The position numbers and the translations under genes were made by a program. A stretch of DNA of 64,000 nucleotides from Candidatus Nomurabacteria bacterium. GTDB lineage: Bacteria; Patescibacteriota; Minisyncoccia; Phycocordibacterales; UBA918. The stretch lies in contig JACKGF010000001.1 of NCBI GenBank assembly GCA_020632095.1, positions 262,549 through 326,548 of the forward strand, written 5' to 3'. Positions 37,962 through 49,122 of this stretch are shown here, piece by piece. Numbering within the stretch: position 1 is the first letter of the stretch; the number at the start of each line of letters is the position of its first letter. The notes under the pieces were generated by a model. That model did no database searches, was not told the origin of the DNA, and saw only the letters and a program-made list of their open reading frames with translations.

Positions 37962-40232
37962 TTACAATTTTTTAGTCTTAAGTCGTAAAGAATTTGAAAC
38001 TACTGACACACTCGAGAAGGCCATAGCAAAACCAGCAAATACAGGGCTAAGCAACCAACCGAAGAACGGAAAGAAAATCCCAGCGGCTAGTGGAATCCCA
38101 ATAATGTTGTAGACAAAAGCCCAGAAAAGATTTTGTTTTACTGTTCGAATAGTCATCTTAGATAGATTAACTGCTTTGACCAACTTAGAGATGTCACCAT
38201 GAAGCAAAGTAATACCGGCGGTTTCAATCGCCACATCAGTACCAGTCCCCATAGCGATCCCAATATCAGCTTGAGCTAGGGCCGGTGCATCGTTTACTCC
38301 ATCGCCAGCCATCGCCACCACTTGACCCTCGCTCTGTAGCTTCTTCACATAATCCAATTTATCCTGCGGCAATACTTCTGCCATCACTTCATCAATCCCT
38401 ACCTCCTTAGCAATCGCTTTGGCGGTTTGCTCGTTATCTCCAGTCAACATTGTCACCTTAATACCCAGCTTGTGTAGATCTTTAACCGCTGCAATCGCTT
38501 CTGGTTTTATGGCATCAGCCACAAAAACTGTCGCTAAAACATTATCGGCCGTCGCTAAAATAACTGGCGTTTTACCTTGGGCCGTTTCTGTAGCAATTTG
38601 TTTCGCCGTAAAAGGAAGCTTCAATTCTTCCATCAACTTTATGTTTCCCGCATAATACTCAGTCCCATTAATTTTTCCTTTTAATCCCTTGCCTTTAATA
38701 ATTTCAAATCCTTCCACTATTTTTTCTGCCAACTTATTTTCTTTTGCATATTCAGTCACCGCAAAAGCAATCGGGTGTTCTGACTTTTTTTCTAAAGCCG
38801 CTAAAGTAGCAATGATTTCATTATCATTTTCAGTGGAATAATTTGCCAACCCTACTAGCTCTGGCTTACCTTTAGTAATCGTACCGGTTTTATCAACTAT
38901 GATAGTGTTGACTGAATGCAGTTTTTCTAAAGTCGCTGCGTCTTTAATCAAGATCCCCTCCTTCGCCCCTTTACCTACCCCCACGATAATCGCTGTCGGA
39001 GTAGCTAGTCCGAGCGCACAAGGACAAGCAATCACCAATATCGCCACAAAAGAGGTTAAGCCATAAGACAAAGCTTGTGAGAAACCAAAAGTTTCGCTAC
39101 CAAGGAAGAGCCACGTACCCAGCGTTAAGAAAGCAATCACTAAAACTATCGGCACAAAGACACTGGATATTTTGTCAGCCAAAGCTTGTATTGGTGCCCG
39201 ACTTCCCTGTGCCTCTTGTACCATTTTAATAATCCCGGCCAACAAAGTTTCCGATCCAACTTTGGTCGCCTTGAAAGTAAAAGTACTATTGGTATTTATC
39301 GTGCCAGCTACCACCAAAGCACCGACTGTTTTTTCAACCGGAATTGATTCACCAGTCACTAATGCCTCATCAATAAATGATGTACCCTCGATAATTTCAC
39401 CATCAACCGGGATCTTGGATCCGGGTTTTATAATAATTTGATCACCATGCACCACTAGATTGATTGGCACCTCCACCTCTTTGCCATCACGTAAAACCAA
39501 AGCCGTTTTGGCCTGCAAGTTTAGCAATGATTCAATCGCATCCCCTGTCTTTAACTTTGACCTTGTTTCCAAGTATTTTCCTAAAGCAATGAAGGTTATT
39601 ACTACTATAGTAGCGTCGTAATAAGTAACCATTGTGTTTACATACGGTGACAAGATTCCTTCAAGAGCAGTAACCAGAAAACTATACAGAAAAGCCACCG
39701 AGGTTCCGAGCCCAATCAAAGTATCCATGTTGGCCGTGCCATAACGTAAGAAACGATAAAAACCTAACAAATATGGCTTACCTACTACAAACAAGATGTA
39801 GGTAGCAAATATTGGCATTAAGTGGTGAATGAATTCACTTACACTTTCAGACATAGCTGACACCAGGCCAAACTCAGACAAAATCTCATAGACCATCACC
39901 AGCACACTGAATGTGGCTATCGGTAAGGCGACCATCAACTTCGAACGCTGGTCGGACAAGTCTTTTAACTTATCGCTTTTATCATCACTCGCTGTGACTT
40001 GTCCGGCCACTTCACTTTCCACCTTAGGCACCACTAGTGAATACCCCAACGGCTCAACTAATTTCTCAATATCTGCCAACTGAATTTTTGCGTCATCAAA
40101 ATCCAATTTGGCTGACTCCGTACCATAACTCACTTCCACCTCTGTCACTCCCTCTGTCTTCTTTAATGTTCTTTCTATAATGCTAGCGCAAGAGGCGCAA
40201 TGCATACCTTTAATTTTATATATTTTTAACAT
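37962..40232 (-). CDS. copA: copper-translocating P1B-type ATPase
   Basis: N-terminal HMA GMHCASC, transmembrane CPC motif, DKTGTIT phosphorylation site, GDGVNDAP hinge. Confidence 0.9.
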   Translation of the reverse strand: MLKIYKIKGMHCASCASIIERTLKKTEGVTEVEVSYGTESAKLDFDDAKIQLADIEKLVEPLGYSLVVPKVESEVAGQVTASDDKSDKLKDLSDQRSKLMVALPIATFSVLVMVYEILSEFGLVSAMSESVSEFIHHLMPIFATYILFVVGKPYLLGFYRFLRYGTANMDTLIGLGTSVAFLYSFLVTALEGILSPYVNTMVTYYDATIVVITFIALGKYLETRSKLKTGDAIESLLNLQAKTALVLRDGKEVEVPINLVVHGDQIIIKPGSKIPVDGEIIEGTSFIDEALVTGESIPVEKTVGALVVAGTINTNSTFTFKATKVGSETLLAGIIKMVQEAQGSRAPIQALADKISSVFVPIVLVIAFLTLGTWLFLGSETFGFSQALSYGLTSFVAILVIACPCALGLATPTAIIVGVGKGAKEGILIKDAATLEKLHSVNTIIVDKTGTITKGKPELVGLANYSTENDNEIIATLAALEKKSEHPIAFAVTEYAKENKLAEKIVEGFEIIKGKGLKGKINGTEYYAGNIKLMEELKLPFTAKQIATETAQGKTPVILATADNVLATVFVADAIKPEAIAAVKDLHKLGIKVTMLTGDNEQTAKAIAKEVGIDEVMAEVLPQDKLDYVKKLQSEGQVVAMAGDGVNDAPALAQADIGIAMGTGTDVAIETAGITLLHGDISKLVKAVNLSKMTIRTVKQNLFWAFVYNIIGIPLAAGIFFPFFGWLLSPVFAGFAMAFSSVSVVSNSLRLKTKKL

Positions 40233-40320
40233 AAAGCTTTTTTAATAGTGTAAATTCAAACTCCATAATACGAGACAACTATTGGTAATAGCTGAAAGTT
40301 ATATCCCGTAAATAACACTA

Positions 40321-40716
40321 TTAAAAAAGCTTGGAGTGTAACAGACCACTCGAGAAAGCTTCTCTGAGAAAATTGTAAAAAGATGATTCTTCTTTATTCC
40401 TGAACCTTTGTCTAACAATATTAATTGGTGTAAAAAACCATCTTAATAAAGGCCCAAATACAAAAACACCTGAAATTAACAAGATCAGCAACAAATAGTC
40501 TTGTGAAAGTGAAATATCACTTATAAGTCCATGAGAAGCAGAAATCATATCAAACAAGCTCATATCACAAATTGACACCCCAGGCATAAATGGACAATCT
40601 GTCATATTTCCATCCGACTCCATCCTCATGCCAACATGAGTCATCCCAAACGAACCAGCTAAAATAAGAAGAGCTAGTGCTGAGACAGTAAATTTGCTAA
40701 ACCAACCTGTTAACAT
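40321..40716 (-). CDS. hypothetical small membrane protein with Met/Cys/His-rich loop (possibly metal-related)
   Basis: 131-aa ORF next to copA; HVGMRMESDGNMTDCPFMPGVSICDM segment. Confidence 0.3.
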   Translation of the reverse strand: MLTGWFSKFTVSALALLILAGSFGMTHVGMRMESDGNMTDCPFMPGVSICDMSLFDMISASHGLISDISLSQDYLLLILLISGVFVFGPLLRWFFTPINIVRQRFRNKEESSFYNFLREAFSSGLLHSKLF

Positions 40717-40835
40717 TTTCCAAATTATATCACATTGCTATTCATTACCTAAAATAGCAAAATGACCCTAGGTCTCGGCCCGAGTCATTCTGCAAATTAC
40801 ATAAGCCAGATTATTATTGATTCTAATAATTTCTG

Positions 40836-41330
40836 CTACTTCTTTATCTCAATCTTTCGCTTTTGCTCCGACGGTTGTTTCTTAAGCACAATGGTAATCA
40901 AACCATTCTTAGTGCTCGCCTGAACTGAGTTAGTATCGACCCGCGACGGTAATACGAACTTTCTAGAAAAACTTCCTTCACTTCTTTCCATTCGGAAATA
41001 ATCTTCTTCTTTCTCTTCGTTGGTTTTTTCAATTTTTCCAGAAATAGACAGAGTACTATCAGTCACCTCTATGGATACATCATCCGAGTCAATTCCCGGT
41101 ATTTCTGCTCGCACCTTAATCTCCTTTTCATTCTCAGATACGTCCACTTTTGGACTGAATCCTGCCATGCTATCAAATGAATCTAAACCAAAATGAGAGA
41201 AAGGTTGCATAAAATTATCGGTAAACAACTTATCCATAGCATCGTGCATACTCCGCAGTGACCGTACTGGACTTAACTGATTCGTTGGCAACCTCGAGCT
41301 ATTGTCTTCTGTTCTTTTGGTAATTTTCAT
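40836..41330 (-). CDS. Hsp20/alpha-crystallin family small heat-shock protein
   Basis: Alpha-crystallin domain (KEIKVRAEIPGIDSDDVSIEV...). Confidence 0.8.
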   Translation of the reverse strand: MKITKRTEDNSSRLPTNQLSPVRSLRSMHDAMDKLFTDNFMQPFSHFGLDSFDSMAGFSPKVDVSENEKEIKVRAEIPGIDSDDVSIEVTDSTLSISGKIEKTNEEKEEDYFRMERSEGSFSRKFVLPSRVDTNSVQASTKNGLITIVLKKQPSEQKRKIEIKK

Positions 41331-41479
41331 AATTAATAATGATTACTAATAAGAAAACCGTGTAGATATTTTATCTTTGGCTATCTTTTAAAATAGCTAC
41401 ACAACTCCACACTGTCATCCCACACTGAAGTAGTTTTCAGTGCGTAATTAATAAACACTTGAAACAGCAATAGGTGTCA

Positions 41480-42061
41480 TCAACTTAAATATTTGGCTTT
41501 TTTATGTCTATGTTTTTTATCAGCAAAACTAGCAATATCAGTTAAGAGTGTGTATTCCTTAAGCTTTTTTCGAGCCCGCGACAACGTCAATTTGATTGCA
41601 TTTTCACTTTTATTCAAAATAGTAGCAATCTCTTTAACTTGATAACCTTTTCTGTATTTAAAATACAAAATGTCTCTTTCATTATGATTGAGTTTTTGTA
41701 TAGAATACCAAAGTCTTTGTGCATTATCTTTATCTTCAATTTCACTCCAAACTTCTTCCGGTACTTCTACAAAGGTCTCCAGAGATAAATCTTTAGGTTT
41801 ACGATAATAGTTCACCAAAATATTGTGAGCAATAGTTAGCAAGTACGAAAAATATGAAGCGTTTTGAATTTTAAATTTCTGCAAATTCAAATAAGCTCGA
41901 ACGAAAGTTTCTTGCGCCAAGTCTTCCGCCACATCATTATCGTGACCCACTCGATACCAAAAATAGTTATATACTTTAGAAATATATTTTTTGTATAACG
42001 CTTTGAATTGCTCTTTATCCTTCTTAGCGTTAGCCACTAACTGAGCATCTGCAATATCCAT
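41480..42061 (-). CDS. ECF-type RNA polymerase sigma-70 family factor
   Basis: Region 2 (LAQETFVRAY) and region 4 HTH (GYQVKEIATILNKSENAIKLTLSRARKKL). Confidence 0.8.
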   Translation of the reverse strand: MDIADAQLVANAKKDKEQFKALYKKYISKVYNYFWYRVGHDNDVAEDLAQETFVRAYLNLQKFKIQNASYFSYLLTIAHNILVNYYRKPKDLSLETFVEVPEEVWSEIEDKDNAQRLWYSIQKLNHNERDILYFKYRKGYQVKEIATILNKSENAIKLTLSRARKKLKEYTLLTDIASFADKKHRHKKAKYLS

Positions 42062-42119
42062 GTTTAATTGTCTAAGTATTATATTCCTATCCAGAAAAAC
42101 TAAAAGCTTACCGCCAAAC

Positions 42120-43937
42120 TCAATCTACCTTATCGGCCATCTTCCTTACCCACTTCCCGTACTTTTCAGCCATAACTTCAAAGCCTGCCTTATTATTAGC
42201 AATTTCTTTTTTACCATCCATCATTTTAATATCCGCATTTAACCGAACTGGCTTAGTGTATTCCTTCACCTTTTCCATTCTCTTCAGTCTTTGTTTAGCT
42301 TGCTTAATACTTTGCTCGGGAGACATTGTTAATTCTTTTATCAAAGCGCCACTAGACAAATTTTTACCAGTTGCTTCTTTAACACATTCTTTAAAAGATT
42401 TACTTGAACCCCAGGCCCACGTTTTCTTCATTTCTTTACCTACCTGTGGATTATCTACAATATAGCCATATTTTTTGTAAAAATATTCCCGCCACTGATT
42501 AAGAGCCATCTCCGCTAAACCATAACCATGATAAGTGCACGAACTCTCCCAAGAATATATATGTGGCACATTTAATGCGGCTAGAGAACCCTCTGTTAAA
42601 TCAAAACACTGCTTATGGTTTTCTCTGGCAATTTTAATTATTTTTTCTCGCGTTGGGCTTTTCAATTCATATACTTCACGTTCGAAATTCGCTACCAAAA
42701 TAACCCCCAAAATACCCCGCGGCCTCATTTGATTAAAGGCTTTTTGTTTTCTCTTGTGTAGATCAAGGGGATACGCTTCGCCATTTACATCTTTCGCGTA
42801 GCGCTGCCTCCACTCAATACTATTGAACATAGTATCAATAAACTTACTATGCGTTTCAGACCAAGCCGTCATCATCGGGGCGTACTCAGTATTTAAACAA
42901 ACATCTCGTTGCTCCATATTTAAAAAATGAGCAGCATGACCACTTTCATGGAAAAAGGTTTCATAACCAGCCTGTCCAGAACCAACCTGTCCAGCCACCA
43001 CATGACAAGTGAAATTCGCTGAACCAGACTTGCGTTTACCTTTAATAAAACTAACTACTTCTGGCCAGTGACAAAAGCCATTGTTCCACTTGCCCTTACG
43101 ATCTAACAAATCTAGTGTCAAAGCTGCCCCTTTAAAATCAATTCCAAGCGCAGAAAAAGACTTTCCCCAACGCAGCAAAACTTGATCAAACTGAAAATAT
43201 TTATCAGTTTCTTTTGAAAAATCACCATACATGTAATGAGCAAAATTCCAAGGCTTCCTGAAACCAGCAAAGGTTTTTTCCATGGCTCTCTGTTTAACAA
43301 AATTCGGCTTAGCGTGTTCTAAAATATCATTAAACAAAGGAAATAATTCTTGCTTGGTCATCTTGGTGATATTTTGTAGCTTAAAATCATAAAAGTCAGC
43401 CCAGCCCAAAGCTTTCGCAAACTCATTACGCAACTTAACCAACTCAACATACTCATCAACATTATCAAGCGCTAATTCTTCTCGGGCTTTATAGCAAGCT
43501 TTTCGCAACTTTTCATCGCTACTAGTCTTTATTAAAGTGCGCATCTTATGGTTTGAAGCCAGCACAAATTTTTTTGTTCTAGGATCAATGTAACCCTCCT
43601 TCCGCTTAGCACGTTTTTTTAAAATCTTTGACTCCAGTTTATCTGCTCGGGCTTTTATTCTCCTAGCTTCGGGCGACATTCTATACTGATCAAAAAAATC
43701 AACCCAGACTTGTAGGCGTTTTTTTAATTTAACATTTGCATTTGGCATCATCCTGACCGCCTCATTTCGTAAGACCTCATTACTTCGAAACTCATCTAAT
43801 TCTGCAAGTGCTTTTTCTCTATCTCTATCTACTGAATGATCCCCCATTCTTGATATCCAAAATAGTTCTTCGTATGTTTTATGTAGTTTAAAATATTTGT
43901 TATTTAATTTATTTAAAAATTTTTCAATGACAGACAT
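42120..43937 (-). CDS. HExxH zinc metallopeptidase, M3-like (oligoendopeptidase-type gluzincin)
   Basis: [10 protein letters not shown] HExxH motif with a downstream Glu; about 600 aa, typical of the M3/PepF size class. Family assignment is inferred. Confidence 0.5.
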   Translation of the reverse strand: MSVIEKFLNKLNNKYFKLHKTYEELFWISRMGDHSVDRDREKALAELDEFRSNEVLRNEAVRMMPNANVKLKKRLQVWVDFFDQYRMSPEARRIKARADKLESKILKKRAKRKEGYIDPRTKKFVLASNHKMRTLIKTSSDEKLRKACYKAREELALDNVDEYVELVKLRNEFAKALGWADFYDFKLQNITKMTKQELFPLFNDILEHAKPNFVKQRAMEKTFAGFRKPWNFAHYMYGDFSKETDKYFQFDQVLLRWGKSFSALGIDFKGAALTLDLLDRKGKWNNGFCHWPEVVSFIKGKRKSGSANFTCHVVAGQVGSGQAGYETFFHESGHAAHFLNMEQRDVCLNTEYAPMMTAWSETHSKFIDTMFNSIEWRQRYAKDVNGEAYPLDLHKRKQKAFNQMRPRGILGVILVANFEREVYELKSPTREKIIKIARENHKQCFDLTEGSLAALNVPHIYSWESSCTYHGYGLAEMALNQWREYFYKKYGYIVDNPQVGKEMKKTWAWGSSKSFKECVKEATGKNLSSGALIKELTMSPEQSIKQAKQRLKRMEKVKEYTKPVRLNADIKMMDGKKEIANNKAGFEVMAEKYGKWVRKMADKVD

Positions 43938-44049
43938 AAGTAAAAAAATAAATCAATATAGATAGAGTATAGCAAATCAATCCTAAATTATAAGAAGTCA
44001 TTTAAACTAAAATTATAAAAGTAAGTTGCTTTAAAACTAAATTGCTATA

Positions 44050-45471
44050 TCAACTTCGAACTCCTTCTTCAATCAACACCTCTTCAGTCACCCTTTCTTG
44101 TAATTTTTCTTCCTTGGTTAATTTAGTTTTCTTCCAATCGCCCTTCATATACCAACCAATCACAACCAAAGCCATCACCACATTTGAAACCGGAAAGGCC
44201 CACCACAAACCATTAACACCTAGTGACGTGTACTTAGAAAGTACAAAAGCTAAAGGGAATTGCAATAGCCACTGAGAAATTAAAGTTAAAGTCATAGCAG
44301 TTACCATATTTCCAGAAGCTCTAAATACTCCATTAATAGACATTTGTATGCCCATAAAGCCAAAGGTTAAAGCCATGGTCCGGACATAAACCGTTCCTAA
44401 TTCGATGACTCCTAAATCACCTGGTACGAAAAACCCTACCAATTGCTGAGCGAACATGAACACCAAAACACCAATACCAGAGAGTAGACTAAATGAAATA
44501 ATTGCCCCAAGACGTGAAATTTCGGTTGCTCTTTCAATATTTCCAGCCCCAATATTCTGACCAACTAAAGTAGAAACAGCCATCGCAATACCTAGAGCGG
44601 GAATAATTATGAACATCAGAATATTTGAACCAACTCCGTATGAAGCAATTGCCATCGTCCCAAAACCGGTCACTAAAAATGTCATCACTACCATACCAAT
44701 GGCTCTGGTTGACTGTTCAATGGAAGCCGGCAATCCAAGCCGAAACGCTTTTTTCATAAATGAAAAATCTGGCCTAAAATCAATTGCCCGTAAATGAATA
44801 TCGTACCTCCCACCAAGAAACACTCCTAGAGCAATAACAGATGACAGTCCTTGAGTTACAAAAGTTGCCATAGCAGCTCCCATCACCCCGTGCCCCGCAA
44901 TACCGCTCCAACCAAAAATAAACAACGGGTCAAGCAAAAAATTCAACATGACTGTTCCCAGCACAATGAACATCGGCACCTTTACCTCTCCCAACCCACG
45001 CATGATTGACTGGAACATTATAAAGATAAAAGTAAATGGCAAACCAAGAAAAGAAACTCTCATAAACCCTAGAGCATGATCAAACACATCAGGAGAAACA
45101 CCAATAGCATTTAAAATAGACGGAGCAAAAATGTAGCCAATAACACTAAGTACGACTGAAACCACCATAGCCATAAGCAAGGTTTGGGCCGCTACCTGAT
45201 TTACCATTATTTGATTGTTTGCTCCAGCGTATTGAGCAATCAACACTGACCCAGCCATCGCTAACCCTCCACCAATCGCAATCATCAAAAACTGAATTGG
45301 AAAACTCACTGAAACAGCTGCCACCGCAGAACCACCCAACCTCCCTACCCAAAAGGCATCGGTAAGTTGATAGAGACTTTGCAAGACATTCCCTAAAACA
45401 ATCGGGACAGCCAAAGTAATAAGAGAAATTAATATTGGACCTTCTAAAAGTTTCCGATTTTGGGTTTTCAT
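44050..45471 (-). CDS. MATE-family efflux transporter
   Basis: 12-TM architecture with MATE N-terminal motif (LGNVLQSLYQLTDAFWVGRLG). Confidence 0.8.
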   Translation of the reverse strand: MKTQNRKLLEGPILISLITLAVPIVLGNVLQSLYQLTDAFWVGRLGGSAVAAVSVSFPIQFLMIAIGGGLAMAGSVLIAQYAGANNQIMVNQVAAQTLLMAMVVSVVLSVIGYIFAPSILNAIGVSPDVFDHALGFMRVSFLGLPFTFIFIMFQSIMRGLGEVKVPMFIVLGTVMLNFLLDPLFIFGWSGIAGHGVMGAAMATFVTQGLSSVIALGVFLGGRYDIHLRAIDFRPDFSFMKKAFRLGLPASIEQSTRAIGMVVMTFLVTGFGTMAIASYGVGSNILMFIIIPALGIAMAVSTLVGQNIGAGNIERATEISRLGAIISFSLLSGIGVLVFMFAQQLVGFFVPGDLGVIELGTVYVRTMALTFGFMGIQMSINGVFRASGNMVTAMTLTLISQWLLQFPLAFVLSKYTSLGVNGLWWAFPVSNVVMALVVIGWYMKGDWKKTKLTKEEKLQERVTEEVLIEEGVRS

Positions 45472-45523
45472 AAGCCTGCTAGTATAGCACTTTTAAAAAA
45501 TTCCTATGCTAGGCTTTTCACTT

Positions 45524-46498
45524 CTACTCGACCACATTTGGTGGCACTCTACCTGCCAAAAATTCAATAATGTTTTGCGCGGCGATTTCAGACATTTTTG
45601 AGCGTGTCTCTTCACTAGCAGAAGCTATGTGTGGAGTGATAGTTACATTATCTAGTTCGGCTAACCCAGTAGCCATTACTGGCTCATTTTCAAACACATC
45701 AATTCCCGCCGACCGAATAATTCCGTTTTTGAGTGCTTCCACCAACGCTACTTCATCAACAACGGGACCGCGTGAGGTATTTATTAGTGACGCGCTTGGT
45801 TTCATCATTGCTAAACGCTCAGCGTTAATGAGGTGTTTTGTACTATCCAACAATGGTACATGTACCGACACTACATCTGCTTCTTGCAACACTTCTTCCA
45901 CAGTCTCTCTGAACTCACAATCAATTTGTTTCTCCAGTGTTTCTGATCGAGTAATATCATAATAGATAACCCTCATCCCAAAACCATTTTTCATCGCATT
46001 GGCTACCCCACACCCGATGCGACCAGCGCCAAGAATACCAAAGGTCTTCCCTTTCAAATCATTACCCAGCAATAATTCTGGCGCCCAACCTTCATAGTGA
46101 CCAGCCCGCATAAATCTATCTGCTTCCACAACTCGCTTAGTGACTGACAGAATTAAAGCCACTGTAAATTCACACACGGTATCGGTCAAAACTCCAGGAG
46201 TATTGGTGATGGTCACACCCGCGGCTTTAGCATCAGCTAGATTTATATTATTAAAACCAACTGCGTAATTGGCAAAAATCTTGGCCTGCGGAGCAGCCGC
46301 CATGATCTCAGCGTTAATAGGATCAGTCAATAAACACAAAACTGCATCGTATGACTCAGACGAAAGTTCCGCTAATAATTCTTCTTTGGTTAATACTCCA
46401 TCCTTATCACTCACCTTAACTTCATGCCCTGCTTCTCGAAGAAGATTAATCCCAGATTCAGGAATTTTTCTGGTTACATATACTTTTGCCATATCCAT
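45524..46498 (-). CDS. D-isomer-specific 2-hydroxyacid dehydrogenase (glyoxylate/hydroxypyruvate reductase-like)
   Basis: GILGAGRIGCGVA NAD motif; catalytic Arg/Glu/His arrangement. Confidence 0.8.
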   Translation of the reverse strand: MDMAKVYVTRKIPESGINLLREAGHEVKVSDKDGVLTKEELLAELSSESYDAVLCLLTDPINAEIMAAAPQAKIFANYAVGFNNINLADAKAAGVTITNTPGVLTDTVCEFTVALILSVTKRVVEADRFMRAGHYEGWAPELLLGNDLKGKTFGILGAGRIGCGVANAMKNGFGMRVIYYDITRSETLEKQIDCEFRETVEEVLQEADVVSVHVPLLDSTKHLINAERLAMMKPSASLINTSRGPVVDEVALVEALKNGIIRSAGIDVFENEPVMATGLAELDNVTITPHIASASEETRSKMSEIAAQNIIEFLAGRVPPNVVE

Positions 46499-46561
46499 AT
46501 ATAATACAGCTTTGTTAAATTAAAAGTAACTCTAGTTATAATCTTCGTATCAGCTACATAA

Positions 46562-47227
46562 TTAATGGGAACAAATTGCCTTATGGTTACCAAAGGCTGA
46601 TTGCCAACAGCGCAGTACTCGCCAGCCAGCCAGTTCAAGTAGTGACACGAACTCCGCTTGAGAGTACAGACACACCGGTTCAAAAATCTGAAAAGTCTCA
46701 GCGTTTTTTGCATCCAGTGATACAAACCGACTTTCTATAGACAACGTCCTACCGAGATAATCATTTCCAATATCAGACGCCATACCAGAAACTGAAATAT
46801 ACAATCTGTCAGTCGAGACTTTATACAAATACTTTAGTAATTCCAGGGCTTGGATATAAGTTAAGTAATGTAGAGTTCTCTGCATGTATATATCAGAAAA
46901 TTCTCGCTCGACAATTAGATCAGGCAGGTTCCTGATATCACCTCGAACAAAGGCCAGTTTGTCTGAGAACAAACTGGCCTTTGTTCTATAATTCTCAAAA
47001 ATATCTTTAAAATCACCCGCATCAACAGCCAATACACAAACACCCGCCACAGCCATCCTCAACGCCTGTCCCCCTGCCCCGCAACCTAGATCCAATACTT
47101 TAGCAGTGTTTTTTTTCGAGAAATACTCAAGCGATAATTTATCCAAGTCATCAGCCCGCACACTAGCCACATCAATCCCCCGCCCAGTAAAACTCTCATA
47201 ACTAAAACTCTTATCACTTGCGGTCAT
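46562..47227 (-). CDS. class I SAM-dependent methyltransferase
   Basis: VLDLGCGAGGQA motif I. Confidence 0.7.
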   Translation of the reverse strand: MTASDKSFSYESFTGRGIDVASVRADDLDKLSLEYFSKKNTAKVLDLGCGAGGQALRMAVAGVCVLAVDAGDFKDIFENYRTKASLFSDKLAFVRGDIRNLPDLIVEREFSDIYMQRTLHYLTYIQALELLKYLYKVSTDRLYISVSGMASDIGNDYLGRTLSIESRFVSLDAKNAETFQIFEPVCLYSQAEFVSLLELAGWRVLRCWQSAFGNHKAICSH

Positions 47228-47254
47228 TTTCTATTAGTTTATACAAAGTTACAT

Positions 47255-47545
47255 TCATTCATAATGCTTCTTAACTCTACTGATGAAAGTTTCAAGATCA
47301 TCAATATGTATTTTCATATCTGAATAATTTCCCGAATTGCCTTCAAATCTTAAACCTTCTCCATAATCATAATCTCCAGCTCCTTCATCATTATCTAAAA
47401 ATGCAGCAATACTCTTATTTTGACGTTGGAGTTCAGTTGTAGCAAAATCAGCAACAAGTATATAGCCTCTTTCATCAACTTTCGAAAGATATTTTTCTTT
47501 CAATCCTAAAGACAAGACCTCACTGTTTTTTCCTTCAATACTCAT
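47255..47545 (-). CDS. hypothetical acidic protein
   Basis: 96-aa ORF, no family recognised. Confidence 0.3.
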   Translation of the reverse strand: MSIEGKNSEVLSLGLKEKYLSKVDERGYILVADFATTELQRQNKSIAAFLDNDEGAGDYDYGEGLRFEGNSGNYSDMKIHIDDLETFISRVKKHYE

Positions 47546-47569
47546 ATGTAATTTTATTAGTAGTTAATA

Positions 47570-47803
47570 TTATTTTCTGACAGCATTTTGAACTATCTCA
47601 GGCGAAAAACCCTCAGGGACTCTACCTGTACTGGCGTATTCATACAACGCCACTTTAAATATCGCATTCAAAACAGATGAAATCGCACTAACAGCAATTA
47701 ATGATAAAACACCAATTGTAACAACCAAAAACAACACCATTACATTTGGAACAAGCAAAACTATTCCAAACCCTAGGACAACAATCCCGAACATAATCAA
47801 CAA
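47570..47803 (-). CDS. small two-TM membrane protein whose 5' end abuts or overlaps the IS200 copy B left end
   Basis: 77-aa ORF. The TTG start at 47803 lies inside the IS boundary (47796); the first internal ATG is at 47794. Confidence 0.3.
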   Translation of the reverse strand: MLIMFGIVVLGFGIVLLVPNVMVLFLVVTIGVLSLIAVSAISSVLNAIFKVALYEYASTGRVPEGFSPEIVQNAVRK

Positions 47804-48392
47804 CCACCGCTAAAAGCGGTGGTATGAACTCCAGCCTAGAAGGCATAAATTATTAGTGGTTAATGTTAACCTTTAGAATCTCGTTCTTGTTGCCATTTCA
47901 CATACTTTCGTATCTGTTCTTCATTCAGACCCACACTGGATACACAGTACCCACGACTCCACAGGTGTCTTCCCCAGTATCGTTTGGTCATGGTTTTTTG
48001 TTCTTGAAATAATTTGAGAGCAGTTTTTCCTTTCAGGTATCCCATCATATCTGAAATGGAGTATTTTGGTGGTATGGAGATTATCATGTGGACGTGATCT
48101 GGTTGGATATTTATTTCTTCAATCGTTACTTGGTCTTTTCTTCCACAGAGTTGGTAGAAGTAGTTTCGTACCAATACTTCGGCTTTTCCTTCTAGGATTT
48201 TATATCGATATTTAGGACAAAATACGATATGATAAGTACACAGCCATACGGTGTGTGACAATTTCTTATATTGTGTTTTCATAGCTTCAGTGCCTTCATC
48301 ACTGGAGCTATGTTAATAGTACTAGATAGACTGGTGGAACCTTTTTTTTGATCACCACCGCCGGAGGCGGTGGTTTAGGCTGGCGCAATTAA
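47796..48392 (-). mobile_element. IS200/IS605-family element, copy B (about 597 bp, essentially identical to 16993..17589)
   Basis: Identity with copy A begins and ends at the same terminal palindromes. The right end supplies the last codons and stop of the ORF 48375..49058. Confidence 0.8.
47866..48282 (-). CDS. tnpA: IS200/IS605-family transposase TnpA (identical to 17063..17479)
   Basis: Identical 138-aa protein. Confidence 0.85.
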   Translation of the reverse strand: MKTQYKKLSHTVWLCTYHIVFCPKYRYKILEGKAEVLVRNYFYQLCGRKDQVTIEEINIQPDHVHMIISIPPKYSISDMMGYLKGKTALKLFQEQKTMTKRYWGRHLWSRGYCVSSVGLNEEQIRKYVKWQQERDSKG

Positions 48393-49058
48393 CCCAAAAA
48401 ACATTCCTGTTCCAATAGTAACAATAAATGTTTCTCCCCAGACTCTTCTAATCGTGGCTGTTGATTCTTTAAAGGAATCAGTGACGGACATATTTTTAAT
48501 CACCATCGCTGGTAGCGCAAAAAAGGTCAAAAAACCCCATGCTGCTCCAAGCAATGATGACACAATACGGCCCACCAATTTTGATCGTTCTGAAATAATA
48601 CTTAATATAATACCTACAGTAGCAGAGATAACTGACCAAATAAAAACTTTTCCAGCCACTTTCTGTGCGACTGATATTCCATCACTAACCTTCAAATCAA
48701 CTCCATTCATTCGAGCGTGAGCAATCACAAAAATACCAGCCTGGAAAAAATTAATGATAAAAAACATTACAACGTAGTACAAAAACAAAATGACCAGTCC
48801 ACTCGAATTTAGACTTTCGGTTCCCTCCATGAAAGCATTAAAACCACCTGTTAACCCCATTGCAAAATATAACAGAGCAAAAATTCCAGCCGCTACAACA
48901 GAAGCTGCAAATGACATTACTGGAAACCAAAGCATTTCTCTATCCTTTAAGAGTAATGCCCATGAATCTTTAACAATTGTATAACTCGCTGTAAACTTAC
49001 CAACCCTTCTATATGTCGGTTGATTTACAGGAACAAATGATTGATTTTCTGGTGGCAT
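48375..49058 (-). CDS. polytopic membrane protein, hypothetical; C-terminus (…GLIAPA-stop) encoded by IS200 copy B terminal sequence
   Basis: 227-aa multi-TM ORF. Its last 5 codons plus stop lie inside the IS right-end repeat. Confidence 0.45.
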   Translation of the reverse strand: MPPENQSFVPVNQPTYRRVGKFTASYTIVKDSWALLLKDREMLWFPVMSFAASVVAAGIFALLYFAMGLTGGFNAFMEGTESLNSSGLVILFLYYVVMFFIINFFQAGIFVIAHARMNGVDLKVSDGISVAQKVAGKVFIWSVISATVGIILSIISERSKLVGRIVSSLLGAAWGFLTFFALPAMVIKNMSVTDSFKESTATIRRVWGETFIVTIGTGMFFGLIAPA

Positions 49059-49122
49059 AAATTTTTAACTAATTTTAACAATAAAAGTATAGCATTTCAG
49101 AAATACCTAAAATTGTTTGTCG

